This document shows positions 42,476 through 53,224 of a DNA stretch of 64,000 nucleotides, piece after piece; the first letter of the stretch is position 1, and the number at the start of each line of letters is the position of its first letter. Below the pieces are notes generated by a model. That model did no database searches, was not told where the DNA came from, and saw only the letters and a program-made list of their open reading frames with translations. The translations under genes were made by a program, and so were the position numbers. The stretch covers positions 74,999-138,998 of the forward strand of contig VFJZ01000005.1 in the NCBI GenBank assembly GCA_009885805.1. The letters are read 5' to 3'. This DNA is from Actinomycetota bacterium (GTDB lineage: Bacteria; Actinomycetota; Thermoleophilia; Gaiellales; F1-60-MAGs149).

Positions 42476-45096
42476 TCGGTGTCTGGGGCGGGCGGCGGCG
42501 CGGCGGCGCCAGGGCGGCGGCGACGCCGGCGGCGCTTGCGCTTCCGTGCCGCTGCGTCAACGAGGCTCTCCGCCGCGTCCGGCTCCGCGCCGTCGGCGTC
42601 GGGCGGCGACTCGCCGACGACGGGCGCCGGCTGAGCCTTCTTGGAGGCCGGTCGACGCTGCTGTGGTCGCGGGCGAGGACCACGCGGCAGGGGGATGTTC
42701 GCGGCGAGCGCGGCAGCGAGCGCGGCCGCGTCGACCGACAGACGCTGCGTGGCCTCCTCGAGGATGCGACTCGCGCCCGGGTCGGTCGTGTGGACGACGG
42801 CGAGGAGCGCCGTGCCGAGGTCGAGCGGGCTCGTCAGGGCGGTCGCCGCAACCCCGTGCGCAGCCTTCAGGAGATCGTCGCCCGACTTGCCGGCGAGGGC
42901 GCGGGCGAGCTCGCGGCCGGCCTCGTGTCCGACCACGAGACGCCGGAACTGTGCCTCCCGAGATGCCTTCGCCAGGCGCCAGGCCCACGCCACCATCTGG
43001 TGCTCGGAGGCCTCGACTCGCCGGTCGCCGAGCGCGAGCAGCAGCGTGCGCGCGCCCGGCGCCCGGTCGAGCCGCCAGGTCGGCGCTGCCTCGACCAGCT
43101 GCACCGCGCGTTGGAAGACGTTCGAGCTGGGACGGTTCTGGGCGAGGTCGCCGAGCGCAACGAGCCGCAGCTGCCGATGCTTGTTCTCGGCCGCACAGGT
43201 GGCGAAGAACAGCATCCGCGGGCCCTCGGAGATCGACGCGAGCACTCGCGCCAGCCGCTGCAGGTCCTTCTGTCCGACGCGACGGCCGGCGTTCTCGGCC
43301 CACATCCCCTGCTCGTCCGGTGGCAGGCGCTCGATCGCGATCTGCTTCCAGTCGCGGAGGATGATCTCGCTCCGGCGGACCGGGTCGGCGGTCACCGGGA
43401 CGAGCCAGCCGGCCTCGCGGACAAGCGGCTTGGCGAGGCGACGCCACCGCTGTCGCCGCCGTGGCGACCGTGGCGTGACGAGCGCGCCGGGATGGTACGT
43501 GTCGACGCCGAGCAGCGAATGGACGGTGACGGTGCGGTCGGAGTGCGGCGCCGTCGCCTCCGCGAAGTCGACGACGACACCGGCTTCCTTGCGTCGGTGG
43601 AGGCGCATGATCCGGCCGATGCGCTGCTGGTAGACCCGCTTGCTCGCGGTCGGCGCCAGATGCATGCAGACCGTTGCGCGCGGCGCGTTCCAACCCTCGG
43701 CGAGGAGCTGCGCGTTGACGAGGACGTTGATCTCGCCGCGCTCGTAGGCGGCGAGCGTCGTCGCCAGCTCACGCGGCGGCGTCCGACCGGAGACGGCGGC
43801 AGCCTTCAGCCCGACCGCCCGCATCGCGGCCGCGACCCGGACTGCGTGGTCGACGCCGGCGGAGTAGACGATTCCCGGCCTGGCACCGAACATGTCCGAG
43901 TAGTACATGGCGGCCGCCATGTTGAGGGCGTCGTGATCGAGCGCCTGGGCGAGTTCCTGCTGGTCGTAGTCGCCGCCCACGATCTTCACGCGCTTCAGGG
44001 AGGCCCCCGGGCGGACGCGGATCGAGCGGAGCGGGGCGACGACCCCGGAGCGGACGGCATCGGCGAGCGGGAAGTCGGCCACCTCGGCCGGGAACACGTC
44101 ACCGACGTGCTTCTGCAGCAGTTGGTCGGTCGCCGTCATGCCGATGTAGGTGGGCGTGTCGAACGAGCGGATCGCCGCCGCCGTCTTGTCGCCGAGCGCG
44201 GTGTGCGCCTCGTCGCACAGCACGACCCCGTAGACGTCGCGGTTGATCTCGCCGACGTTGCGGATGAACCACGCGTACGTCTGCACCGTCACCGGCGGGC
44301 GCAGCGGCCCGCGCTGGCGCCCGAGGACGGCGTCGTGGAGACGCTCGCCGTAGCCCTGGTCGACGAGGTCGCGACGGAACTGGTCGACGAGCAGGCGGCG
44401 GTGGGTGAGGATCAGGACGCCCGTGATGCTGGCGGCATCGACGAAACCCGCGGCGGCGATCGTCTTGCCCGAGGCGGTCGGATGCTTGAAGCGGTAGCGA
44501 CGCGCAGCGCCCGGGTCGTGGAGCGGCTCGGTCGGTTCCTCATCATCGTCGCCATCGTCCTCGTCGGCGACGGTGTCGACGTCGTCCTCGTCGTCCTCGT
44601 CGACCTCGAAGTCGACCGTGATCGTCACGTCGTCGGCCGGCGTCAGAGCATCGTCGGCCAGTGGCGGCGGCACCTCGTGATCGTCGTCGTCGTCGCCGCC
44701 GTTGCCATTGGCGTCCCCGCTGCCATCGGCGTCCTCCCAGTTGCGCTGCGCATCGCCGAGCAGCGCCGCGAGCATCCCGGCCAGCGCGTCGCACTGGTGC
44801 TCGCGCAACTCGAGGCCGTTCGCGAGCCGCGGGCGCGCGTCGGCGAGGATCCGCTGCAGCCCAAGCAGGAGCGCGAACCGACGTCGCCACTCGACCGAAG
44901 GCGAGGCGAGTCCGGCCGCGATCTCGGCTCGGGCCTCGTCGTAGGCAGCCCTGAACGCCGTTCCCGCGGCGAGCGCCTCGTCGAGGTCGTCGCCCTGCGT
45001 GACCAGGCTTTCACCCGCCCATTGTTCGACCTGTTCGAGCTCGGCCGGCGTCATGCCCGGAACCTCGTTGACCACCGCGGAGTCCGAATCCGGCAA
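42472..45096 (-). CDS. Superfamily 2 DEAH-box helicase with an acidic insertion and a long C-terminal domain
   Basis: 874 aa: 'LREHQCDA' ... 'HPTASGKT' (motif I), 'LCDEAH' (motif II), 'MTAT' (motif III), 'AQLLAEGWNAP' and 'QQRIGRIMR' (motif VI). It also has a C-terminal ~370 aa of unknown function and an Arg/Lys tail. Confidence 0.85.
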   Translation of the reverse strand: MPDSDSAVVNEVPGMTPAELEQVEQWAGESLVTQGDDLDEALAAGTAFRAAYDEARAEIAAGLASPSVEWRRRFALLLGLQRILADARPRLANGLELREHQCDALAGMLAALLGDAQRNWEDADGSGDANGNGGDDDDDHEVPPPLADDALTPADDVTITVDFEVDEDDEDDVDTVADEDDGDDDEEPTEPLHDPGAARRYRFKHPTASGKTIAAAGFVDAASITGVLILTHRRLLVDQFRRDLVDQGYGERLHDAVLGRQRGPLRPPVTVQTYAWFIRNVGEINRDVYGVVLCDEAHTALGDKTAAAIRSFDTPTYIGMTATDQLLQKHVGDVFPAEVADFPLADAVRSGVVAPLRSIRVRPGASLKRVKIVGGDYDQQELAQALDHDALNMAAAMYYSDMFGARPGIVYSAGVDHAVRVAAAMRAVGLKAAAVSGRTPPRELATTLAAYERGEINVLVNAQLLAEGWNAPRATVCMHLAPTASKRVYQQRIGRIMRLHRRKEAGVVVDFAEATAPHSDRTVTVHSLLGVDTYHPGALVTPRSPRRRQRWRRLAKPLVREAGWLVPVTADPVRRSEIILRDWKQIAIERLPPDEQGMWAENAGRRVGQKDLQRLARVLASISEGPRMLFFATCAAENKHRQLRLVALGDLAQNRPSSNVFQRAVQLVEAAPTWRLDRAPGARTLLLALGDRRVEASEHQMVAWAWRLAKASREAQFRRLVVGHEAGRELARALAGKSGDDLLKAAHGVAATALTSPLDLGTALLAVVHTTDPGASRILEEATQRLSVDAAALAAALAANIPLPRGPRPRPQQRRPASKKAQPAPVVGESPPDADGAEPDAAESLVDAAARKRKRRRRRRRPGAAAPPPAPDTE

Positions 45097-45227
45097 CCGC
45101 GCTCCTCGGGACGGCCATACGCCGTCGCGCCCTCCGCAGGGCAGGCATATGGCGCTTCGATTGCGCTCGCGACGAGCTTCCGATCCGGAAACCCATCAGC
45201 GCCGGTGGGACCGGCACAGACCGAACC

Positions 45228-45971
45228 TTAGCAGTCGTCGCGGGATGCAGTGGCGATGGTCGCGATCGCCTCATCCGGGTCGTCCGTCAGCGTGATCAGC
45301 GCGAGATCCGACTCCGCAATCCGGCCGTCCGCCAGCGCGTCCTCCCGCAGCCACTCGATCAGGCCGCGCCAGGTCGAGCCGCCCATCAGCACGAGCGGGA
45401 AGCGGCCGATCTTTCCGGTCTGGATCAGGGTCAGCGCCTCGAACAACTCATCGAGAGTGCCGAATCCGCCCGGCAGCACGACAAAGCCCTCGGCGTACTT
45501 GACGAACATCGTCTTACGGACGAAGAAGTAGCGGAAGTCGATCGAGACGTCGAGGTACGGATTCGGCGCCTGCTCGTGCGGCAGTTCGATGTTGCAGCCG
45601 ACCGAGAGGCCGCCGGCGTCGCGGGCGCCGCGGTTCGCCGCCTCCATCAGCCCCGGCCCGCCGCCGGTGATCACGGTCAGTCCGGCGCGGGCCGCCGAGC
45701 GGCCGACCTCTCTCGCCAGGCTGTAGAGCGGGTCGTCTTCACCGAGGCGGGCGCTGCCGAACACCGACACCGCGCGGCCACAACGTGACAGGGCGTCGAA
45801 GCCGTCGACGAACTCGCCGAGGATCCGCAGGGCACGCCAGGGGTCGGTGTGCACGAACGACGGGTCGATCGTCGAGCGCAGGAGTCCCTGGTCGGCAATG
45901 CCGACGACGTCGCGCGCGTGATCGCCCGTGACGCGGACGCGCCCTGCTCGGAAATTGCGGTCTGAATCCAT
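45228..45971 (-). CDS. LOG family (TIGR00730) nucleotide phosphoribohydrolase
   Basis: 'VITGGGPGLMEAANRGA' and 'VVLPGGFGTLDELFEALTLIQTGK' motifs. Confidence 0.9.
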   Translation of the reverse strand: MDSDRNFRAGRVRVTGDHARDVVGIADQGLLRSTIDPSFVHTDPWRALRILGEFVDGFDALSRCGRAVSVFGSARLGEDDPLYSLAREVGRSAARAGLTVITGGGPGLMEAANRGARDAGGLSVGCNIELPHEQAPNPYLDVSIDFRYFFVRKTMFVKYAEGFVVLPGGFGTLDELFEALTLIQTGKIGRFPLVLMGGSTWRGLIEWLREDALADGRIAESDLALITLTDDPDEAIATIATASRDDC

Positions 45972-45993
45972 GGTTGGGTGCTAGCCTCTCGCC

Positions 45994-47061
45994 ATGGAGT
46001 TCGCCTTTCACGGCGCCGTCCCTCCGGCGCTCCAGGCCTTTCGCGAAGGGCTCGAAGCGGCCCTGGTTCGGCGCGGCTACACGTACCTCGCGGCGCCCGA
46101 CGACGCCACGCTGGTCTGCAACTTCGTCGACGCGGCGCGGCCGCGACCGTATCGCCGGACGAACAAGTGGACGTTTGTCGCCTCGTTCTGGCACGCGGCA
46201 GCACCGCCGGACGACTTCGTCCGCATCGGCTATCCGGTCCTCCTGAAGGCGCTGTCGAACCTCTCCGTCTGCGTCGTGCCGGAGCTGATGGCGCGCTTCC
46301 TGACCCTGGAGCAGGGCAACTACGAAGTGCACGTGGACGCCGATCCAGCCACGTACTTCGACCGCATCGTCGATCGGCTCGCTCCGCTCGCCGAGTCGAA
46401 CCTCGTGATCGAGAACATCTGGACACCCGACCTCGAGCCCGAACTGTGGGACGGCGACGAGATCTCCGCGACGCTGACCGCGGCGGGCGAGCGGCTCGAG
46501 GAGCTTCACCTCCACCCCGCCCCGTGGCCGATCGAGGACATCCTCTCGCCGCGCGATCTGGCGCACGTGAAGCGGCTCTACTCGATCGGCGGCCTCTCGT
46601 ACGGCAACCTCTCCGCCCGCAAGGACGACACCCGGTTCTGGATGAGCGCGTCGGGCGTCGACAAGTCGAATCTCCGCGAGATCGGCCGCGACATCCTGCT
46701 CGTCACCGGCTACGTCCCGGAGCAGCGGGCGATGGTGCTCTCGGTCCCGCCCGGCATCGAACCACGGCGCGTGTCCGTCGATGCGATCGAGCACTGGAAG
46801 ATCTACCAGGAGCACCCTTCGGTGGGCGCGATCATGCACATCCACGCGTGGGTCGACGGCATCGAGGCGACGGAGTTCAACTTCCCCTGCGGCACGGCCG
46901 AGTTGGCCGACGCGGTCGCCGAGATCATCCGCCGGGCGCCCGACCCGGCGCGCGCGATCGTCGGGCTGAAGAACCACGGCCTGACGATCACCGGCCCGAG
47001 CCTTGGCGAGATCTTCGAGCGCGTCGGTCCGCACATCCAGCGCCAGGTGCCGATGAGTTGA
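45994..47061 (+). CDS. Class II aldolase/adducin-domain protein with an N-terminal extension of unknown function
   Basis: The C-terminal ~170 aa reads 'GNLSARKDDTRFWMSASGVDKSNL...IMHIHAW...GLKNHGLTITGPSLGEIFERV'. The N-terminal ~180 aa has no family I recognise. Confidence 0.8.
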   Translation: MEFAFHGAVPPALQAFREGLEAALVRRGYTYLAAPDDATLVCNFVDAARPRPYRRTNKWTFVASFWHAAAPPDDFVRIGYPVLLKALSNLSVCVVPELMARFLTLEQGNYEVHVDADPATYFDRIVDRLAPLAESNLVIENIWTPDLEPELWDGDEISATLTAAGERLEELHLHPAPWPIEDILSPRDLAHVKRLYSIGGLSYGNLSARKDDTRFWMSASGVDKSNLREIGRDILLVTGYVPEQRAMVLSVPPGIEPRRVSVDAIEHWKIYQEHPSVGAIMHIHAWVDGIEATEFNFPCGTAELADAVAEIIRRAPDPARAIVGLKNHGLTITGPSLGEIFERVGPHIQRQVPMS

Positions 47062-47071
47062 CGCCGACGGG

Positions 47072-49615
47072 CTACTCGTACTGGAGGGCCTGGAGCACGT
47101 CCAGCCGCGCCGCGCGGCGCGCGGGGAGGATCGCCGCCAGCACGCCGCAGACGACGGCGGCGAGCAGGTAGATGACGATCTGCGCGACGGGTAGGACGAA
47201 CCCGAGCCCGTCGACCGCGCGCGTCGCGAGGAAGCCGAAGACCATCCCGACGGCGACGCCGATGACCGCGCCGATGACCGCTGTGATGACGCTCTCGTAG
47301 CGCACGATCCAGCGCAGCTGCCGTCGCGTCGCGCCAACTGCGCGGAGCAGACCGATCTCACGCGTCCGCTCGTAGATCGACAGGACAAGGGTGTTCACGA
47401 GGCCGAGCAGTGAGATCACCACGCTGAAAGCGAGTAGCGCGTAGAGCAGTGCCAGGAACTGGTCGAGCTGGCGCTCGAAGCGCTGGAGGGCTGCGCGGTT
47501 CGACTCCGCCCGGACCTGCGGGAACGCAGTCTCGAGCGCGTCCACCACCGCCTGATCCGTCGCCTTGCGATCGACGCCCTCGCCAAACCGGACGAACGCG
47601 ATCCCGATCTCCGGCTTCTCGCCGAGTGAGTCGTACGCGTCCCGCGAGACGATGAACGTCTTGAAGATGGTCGGGGCGGAGTAGACACCACGAACGGTGA
47701 ACGTCGCCGAACGTCCCGATTCGGTGGCGACGGCAAACGTCGAGCCGACCGTCAGCGATCGCCCCTTCGCCCACTCCCTCTCGACGAGCGCGCCGTCGGC
47801 GCCCAGTTGCGTCACGAGGCTGTCGTCGCCGTTGACCCAGTCCATGCGATACGACTTCGTCAGCTCCGGCCCGGTCGCGGCGAGGGTGTCGTCGCGGCCG
47901 TCGATTCGCACCGCGAGCGTCTCGACCGCCACGACGGCGGACACACCCTCGACGCCCGCGACCGTCCCGATGACATCGGGCGGCATCACGTCGAACGACT
48001 TCGACTGGACGAGCATGTCCGACAGCAACGACGTCGAGAGCGTGCTGCGGAGCTGCTCCTTGAAGCCGGTCGTGAAGATCGCCGCCCACGTGATGAGCGC
48101 AACGGAGATCATCAGCGCCGCTGCCGTCACCGCCGTCCGGCCGGGGTTGCGGACGGTGTTCTCCGTCGCAATTCGCCCGGGCAGACCCGCCGCGCGAAGC
48201 GACCGACCGATGAGCCGCGCGAGTGGTGGGACGAGCCAGCGAGAACCCATTGCGACGCCGACCATCGTCAGCAGGACGCCAGCTCCCATCGCCGCGAGCG
48301 CCTGCCGGGGAGTACCGTCCGTGAAGAAGCCGATCGACGCCACGCCAAGGCCGAGCAGCACCATGACGGGTGCCAGCCAGGGCACGAACCGACCGCCGCG
48401 GGCCGGTGGCGGCGCGGTGCCCTCGCGGACGGCGGCGATCGGCGGGACGCGAGTCGCACGCAGGCCGGGTGCGAGGGCGGCGGCCAGCGTCACACCGACG
48501 CCGACAAGGAGGCAGATCGCGACGGTCCGCGGCGCGATCGCGAGATCGGCGCCCGGCAGACCGAACCCGAGGGCATCGAAGGCGACCAGGAGTAGGCTCG
48601 CAAAGCCGAGGCCGGCGACGATGCCGACCACCGTCGCGACGAGCGATACGACGATCGCCTCCCCGAGAACGCTCGCGAGGATCTGTCGGCGCGTCGCGCC
48701 GAGCGTCCGCAGCATCGCAAGCTCGCGGACGCGGTGGCCAATCGTCATCGAGAAGGCGTTGAAGATGATGAAGGCCGAGACGAAGATCGCGACGCCCGCG
48801 AAGGCGAGGAGGGCGGGACGGAGGAAGCCGTTGATCGAGTCGGAGATGCGCCTGGCCTCGGCGACGGCACGCTCACGGCCGGTCTCGACCGTGAGGTCGG
48901 CGGGCAGGGCCGCGGTGAGCCGTCGCCGCAACTCCTCGACCGAGACACCCTCGTCCGCGGCGACGTCGATCTCGTGGACCAGCCCCCGGCTGCGGAACCA
49001 CCGCTGCACGTCGTTGATGTCGGCCAGCACGACGGTCGCCCCGCCGAAGTCAACAGCTGACGTGAAGATGCCGACGATCGTCACCGGCTGTGCCCGCTGG
49101 TCGGTCGCCATCAAGGCGGTGTCGCCGACGCGGAGGTCACCGCGATCGGCGACCGACTTGAGGATCGCGACCTCACCCGGCGCCTCGACCTGCCTCCCCT
49201 CGATGTAGGTGCCGGTGTCGAACGGCGCGCCGGTCGAGTTGAAGACGAGCGGCGGCGCTCCGCCCGTCGGACCGAGGAACTTCGACTCGCCATCTCGCTC
49301 GATGACGAGGCCGCCGAAGCCCTGGATGAGTGGCTGCGCGACGGCGACACCGTCCACGGCAATGACGTCGATCAGCACCGACTGGTCGAACGGGACGATG
49401 TCAGCGTTGTCGTCCGTCGCGAACGCGGCTGCTTTCGTCACGACGATATCGGTCGTGGCGCGCGTCTCGACGAAGATGTTCTCGAACGCCGTCCCGATCT
49501 GGTCGGTCAGCGCGAAGGTGCCGGAGATCATCGCGACGCCGAGGACGATCGCGAGGGTTGTCAGGGTGCTGCGCAGCTTCCGCGCGAGCATTCCCCGCAG
49601 CGTCACGCGCCGCAC
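47072..49615 (-). CDS. ABC transporter permease, double FtsX domain (MacB-like), tandem copy A
   Basis: 847 aa from the GTG at 49615 (homologous to the start of copy B). By eye it is roughly three quarters identical to copy B along its whole length. Confidence 0.85.
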   Translation of the reverse strand: MRRVTLRGMLARKLRSTLTTLAIVLGVAMISGTFALTDQIGTAFENIFVETRATTDIVVTKAAAFATDDNADIVPFDQSVLIDVIAVDGVAVAQPLIQGFGGLVIERDGESKFLGPTGGAPPLVFNSTGAPFDTGTYIEGRQVEAPGEVAILKSVADRGDLRVGDTALMATDQRAQPVTIVGIFTSAVDFGGATVVLADINDVQRWFRSRGLVHEIDVAADEGVSVEELRRRLTAALPADLTVETGRERAVAEARRISDSINGFLRPALLAFAGVAIFVSAFIIFNAFSMTIGHRVRELAMLRTLGATRRQILASVLGEAIVVSLVATVVGIVAGLGFASLLLVAFDALGFGLPGADLAIAPRTVAICLLVGVGVTLAAALAPGLRATRVPPIAAVREGTAPPPARGGRFVPWLAPVMVLLGLGVASIGFFTDGTPRQALAAMGAGVLLTMVGVAMGSRWLVPPLARLIGRSLRAAGLPGRIATENTVRNPGRTAVTAAALMISVALITWAAIFTTGFKEQLRSTLSTSLLSDMLVQSKSFDVMPPDVIGTVAGVEGVSAVVAVETLAVRIDGRDDTLAATGPELTKSYRMDWVNGDDSLVTQLGADGALVEREWAKGRSLTVGSTFAVATESGRSATFTVRGVYSAPTIFKTFIVSRDAYDSLGEKPEIGIAFVRFGEGVDRKATDQAVVDALETAFPQVRAESNRAALQRFERQLDQFLALLYALLAFSVVISLLGLVNTLVLSIYERTREIGLLRAVGATRRQLRWIVRYESVITAVIGAVIGVAVGMVFGFLATRAVDGLGFVLPVAQIVIYLLAAVVCGVLAAILPARRAARLDVLQALQYE

Positions 49616-49617
49616 TG

Positions 49618-49653
49618 CTACTCGAGCCCCATGACGACGTCCCGGATCTGATC
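49618..49653 (-). other. Vestige of the ABC ATPase 3' end carried along by the tandem duplication
   Basis: The minus strand reads 'gat cag atc cgg gac gtc gtc atg ggg ctc gag tag' = DQIRDVVMGLE*. The real ATPase ends 'DQILDVVKGLE*' at 52247. Both are followed 2 nt later by the permease GTG. Confidence 0.7.
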
Positions 49654-49706
49654 GGCGATGGCGGCCGAAGGAGGCATGGAATGAGCTTACAGCGGCCCCG
49701 CCGCCG

Positions 49707-52244
49707 TCACTCGTACTGCAGGGCGTGGAGGACGTCGAGCCTGGCCGCCCGCCGAGCCGGGAGAATCGCAGCGAGCACTCCACAGACGACGGCCGCGACG
49801 AGGAACAGCACGACCTGCACCACCGGCACGACGAAGCCGAGTCCGTCGATCGCCCGGGTCGCGAGGAAGCCGAAGACCATCCCGACCGCGACGCCGATGA
49901 CGGCGCCGATGATCGAGGTGATGACGCTCTCGTAGCGGACGATCCGGCGCAGCTGGCGACGGGTCGTGCCGACGGCGCGAAGCAGGCCGATCTCGCGGGT
50001 TCGCTCGTAGATCGCCAGCACGAGCGTGTTGACGAGCCCGAACAGGGAGATCACGACGCTGAAGGCGAGCAGGGCATACAGCAGCGCGAGGAACTGGTTC
50101 AGCTGACCCTCGAAGCGATCGAGGGCAGCGCGGTTCGACTCGGCACGAACCTGCGGATAGGCGGCGTCAACGGCAGCGGTGACAGCCTTTTCCGTGCTCG
50201 CCGCATCGATGCCTCCGGCGAAGCGGACGAACGCGATGCCGATCTCGGGTTTCTCGGCGATCGCCGCGTACGCGTCCCGGGAGACGATGAACGACTGGAA
50301 GAAGGTTGCGTCGGAGAAGACGCCCTGCACGGTGAACGTCGCGGAGCGTCCGGCCTGCGTGTCGACGGCGAAGGTCGACCCGATCGCCAGGGAGCGGGTC
50401 TGGGCCCAGTCCTTCTCAACGAGGGCGCCGTCCACGCCGAGCCGCGCCACGAGGCTGTCGTCGCCGGTGACCCAGTCGATCTTGTACGCCTCCGTCAGCT
50501 CGGGCCCGGCGGCCGCGAGCGTGTCCTCGGTGCCGTCCACACGGACTGGCGTCGCCTCGATCGCCACAACGGTCGAGACCCCCTCGACAGCGGCCGCGAC
50601 GTCGACGACGCCGGGCGGCATCGCGCCGAACGACTTGGACTGGATCAGCATCTCGGAGGTGAACGAGGTGCCGAGCGCGCTGCGGATCTGCTGCTTGAAG
50701 CCAGTCGTGAAGATCGCTGCCCAGGTGATCAGGGCGACCGTGATCATGAGCGCAGCGGCCGTGACGGCGGTGCGACCGGGGTTCCGCACGGAGTTCTCGG
50801 TCGCGATCTGTCCCGGCAGGCCTCGCAGTGGGCGGCCGACGAGCCGCGCGATCGGTGGGACGAGCCATCGCGATCCCATCGCGACCCCGACCATCGTCAC
50901 CAGCACGCCGGCACCCATCGCGAACAGCACCTGCTGCGCGGTGCCGTCGCCGAAGAAGCCGATCGAGGTCACGCCGACGCCGATCAGCACGAGCAGCGGA
51001 GCCAGCCACGGGACCAGTCGTCCCGAACGTGCGACGGGAAGCGCGGCGCCCTCACGCACGGCCGCGATCGGCGGTACGCGCGTCGCGCGCAGCCCGGGCG
51101 CGAGCGCGGCCGCCAGCGTGACGCCGACACCGACCGCGAGGCAGATCGCGACCGTTCGGGGGGCCACCGTGAGATTCGAGCTGGGCAGGCCGAACCCAAC
51201 CGCATCGAACAGCGCCAGGAGCACCGAGGCGAAGCCGAGGCCGGCGACGATGCCGACGGCGGTCGCGAGGAGGGAGACCACGACCGCCTCCGCCATGACG
51301 CTGCCGAGCACCTGGCGGCGCGTCGCGCCCAGCGTCCGCAACATCGCGAATTCACGAACGCGCTGCCCGATCGTCATCGAGAAGGCGTTGAAGATGATGA
51401 AGGCCGACACGAAGACCGCGACGCCGGCGAAGGCCAGCAGCGCCGGGCGCAGGAAGCTGTTGATCGAGCCGGAGATGCTCGCTGCCTCGGCGAGACCGCG
51501 TTCACGCCCGGTCTCGACGGTGAGGTCGGCCGGCAGGGCGGCGGCGATGCGGGACTTCAACACCTCACCCGCGACGCCGTCCTTCGCGGCCACGACGATC
51601 TCGTGGGCCTTGCCCTCGCTGCGGAACCACCGCTGCACGTCGGTCGTCTCGCCGAGCACTACCGTCGCTCCGCCGAAGTCTGCCTTCGACGTGAAGACAC
51701 CAACGATCGTGACGGGTTCGGCACCCGTGTCCGTCGCCATCTGCGCCGCATCGCCGACGCCGACGTCGCCGCGGTCGGCGACCGCTTTCAGAATCGCGAC
51801 CTCACCGGGCGCAGCGACCGGGCGGCCCTCGATGTAGGTGCCCGTATCGAATGGCGGTCCGGCGGAGTTGAAGACGAGCGGCGGGGCGCCGCCGGTCGCG
51901 CCCAGAAACTCGGGCTTGCCGTCCTTGACGACGATCAGTCCGCCCAGGCCCTGGACGACGGGCTGCGCGACCTCGACACCCTCGACGGCCCGCACCTGCT
52001 CGATCAGCGACTCGTCGAAGGGCACGATGTCGCCCGTCTCGTCACTCGAGAACGTCGCCGCCTTCGTCACGACGACGTCGGTCGTCGCCCTCGTCTCGAT
52101 GAAGATGTCCTCGAAGGCCGACCCGATCTGGTCGGTCAGCGCGAACGTGCCGGAGATCATCGCGACGCCGAGGACGATCGCGAGGGCGGTCAGGGTGCTT
52201 CGCAGCTTGCGGGCAAGCATCCCGCGCAGGGTCACGTGCCGCAC
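49707..52244 (-). CDS. ABC transporter permease, double FtsX domain (MacB-like), tandem copy B
   Basis: 845 aa: 'MLARKLRSTLTALAIVLGVAMISGTF...' and 'LRAVGTTRRQLRRIVRYESV...'. It starts 2 nt after the ATPase stop. Confidence 0.9.
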   Translation of the reverse strand: MRHVTLRGMLARKLRSTLTALAIVLGVAMISGTFALTDQIGSAFEDIFIETRATTDVVVTKAATFSSDETGDIVPFDESLIEQVRAVEGVEVAQPVVQGLGGLIVVKDGKPEFLGATGGAPPLVFNSAGPPFDTGTYIEGRPVAAPGEVAILKAVADRGDVGVGDAAQMATDTGAEPVTIVGVFTSKADFGGATVVLGETTDVQRWFRSEGKAHEIVVAAKDGVAGEVLKSRIAAALPADLTVETGRERGLAEAASISGSINSFLRPALLAFAGVAVFVSAFIIFNAFSMTIGQRVREFAMLRTLGATRRQVLGSVMAEAVVVSLLATAVGIVAGLGFASVLLALFDAVGFGLPSSNLTVAPRTVAICLAVGVGVTLAAALAPGLRATRVPPIAAVREGAALPVARSGRLVPWLAPLLVLIGVGVTSIGFFGDGTAQQVLFAMGAGVLVTMVGVAMGSRWLVPPIARLVGRPLRGLPGQIATENSVRNPGRTAVTAAALMITVALITWAAIFTTGFKQQIRSALGTSFTSEMLIQSKSFGAMPPGVVDVAAAVEGVSTVVAIEATPVRVDGTEDTLAAAGPELTEAYKIDWVTGDDSLVARLGVDGALVEKDWAQTRSLAIGSTFAVDTQAGRSATFTVQGVFSDATFFQSFIVSRDAYAAIAEKPEIGIAFVRFAGGIDAASTEKAVTAAVDAAYPQVRAESNRAALDRFEGQLNQFLALLYALLAFSVVISLFGLVNTLVLAIYERTREIGLLRAVGTTRRQLRRIVRYESVITSIIGAVIGVAVGMVFGFLATRAIDGLGFVVPVVQVVLFLVAAVVCGVLAAILPARRAARLDVLHALQYE

Positions 52245-52246
52245 GA

Positions 52247-52998
<752 letters not shown>

Positions 52999-53069
52999 GC
53001 CCGCAGGGTACCGCCGGTCGACGGCACGGAACGTCGTCCGAGCGGCTGATCTGCCTCGTTCTTGCGGCT

Positions 53070-53164
53070 GATCAGCGGTACACGTACACCGTCTCGCCGA
53101 CGGGCGACTGGCGGTAGAGCCAGTCCGCCGCCCACATCGGGACGCGCGCGCAGCCGTGGCTGGC
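53070..53164 (-). repeat. Direct repeat copy 1: displaced remnant of the L,D-transpeptidase 3' end
   Basis: My ungapped alignment to 54372..54466 (offset 1302 bp) gives 86/95 identical bases. It still encodes '...HGCARVPMWAADWLYRQSPVGETVYVYR*'. Confidence 0.85.
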
Positions 53165-53208
53165 GATGCTGTTGTTGATGTGATACTCTTTACATGAACT
53201 ACTGAAAT

Positions 53209-53218
53209 GGGGGGGGGG
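53209..53218 (+). repeat. G10 homopolymer immediately upstream of the islet's first gene
   Basis: Counted directly: g at 53209-53218, followed by 'agcacaATG' (ATG at 53225). The tract ends in an SD-like GGAG. An upstream ATG at 53207 would read through it as MGGGST. Confidence 0.95.
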
Positions 53219-53224
53219 AGCACA

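Noticed and set aside
44540-44720. Repetitive GTC/GTCGTC/CTCGTC DNA that looked like a possible tandem-repeat or CRISPR-like array
   Set aside because: There is no regular repeat-spacer periodicity. It is simply the coding sequence of the Asp/Glu-rich insertion of the helicase (reverse strand GAC/GAG/GAT codons).
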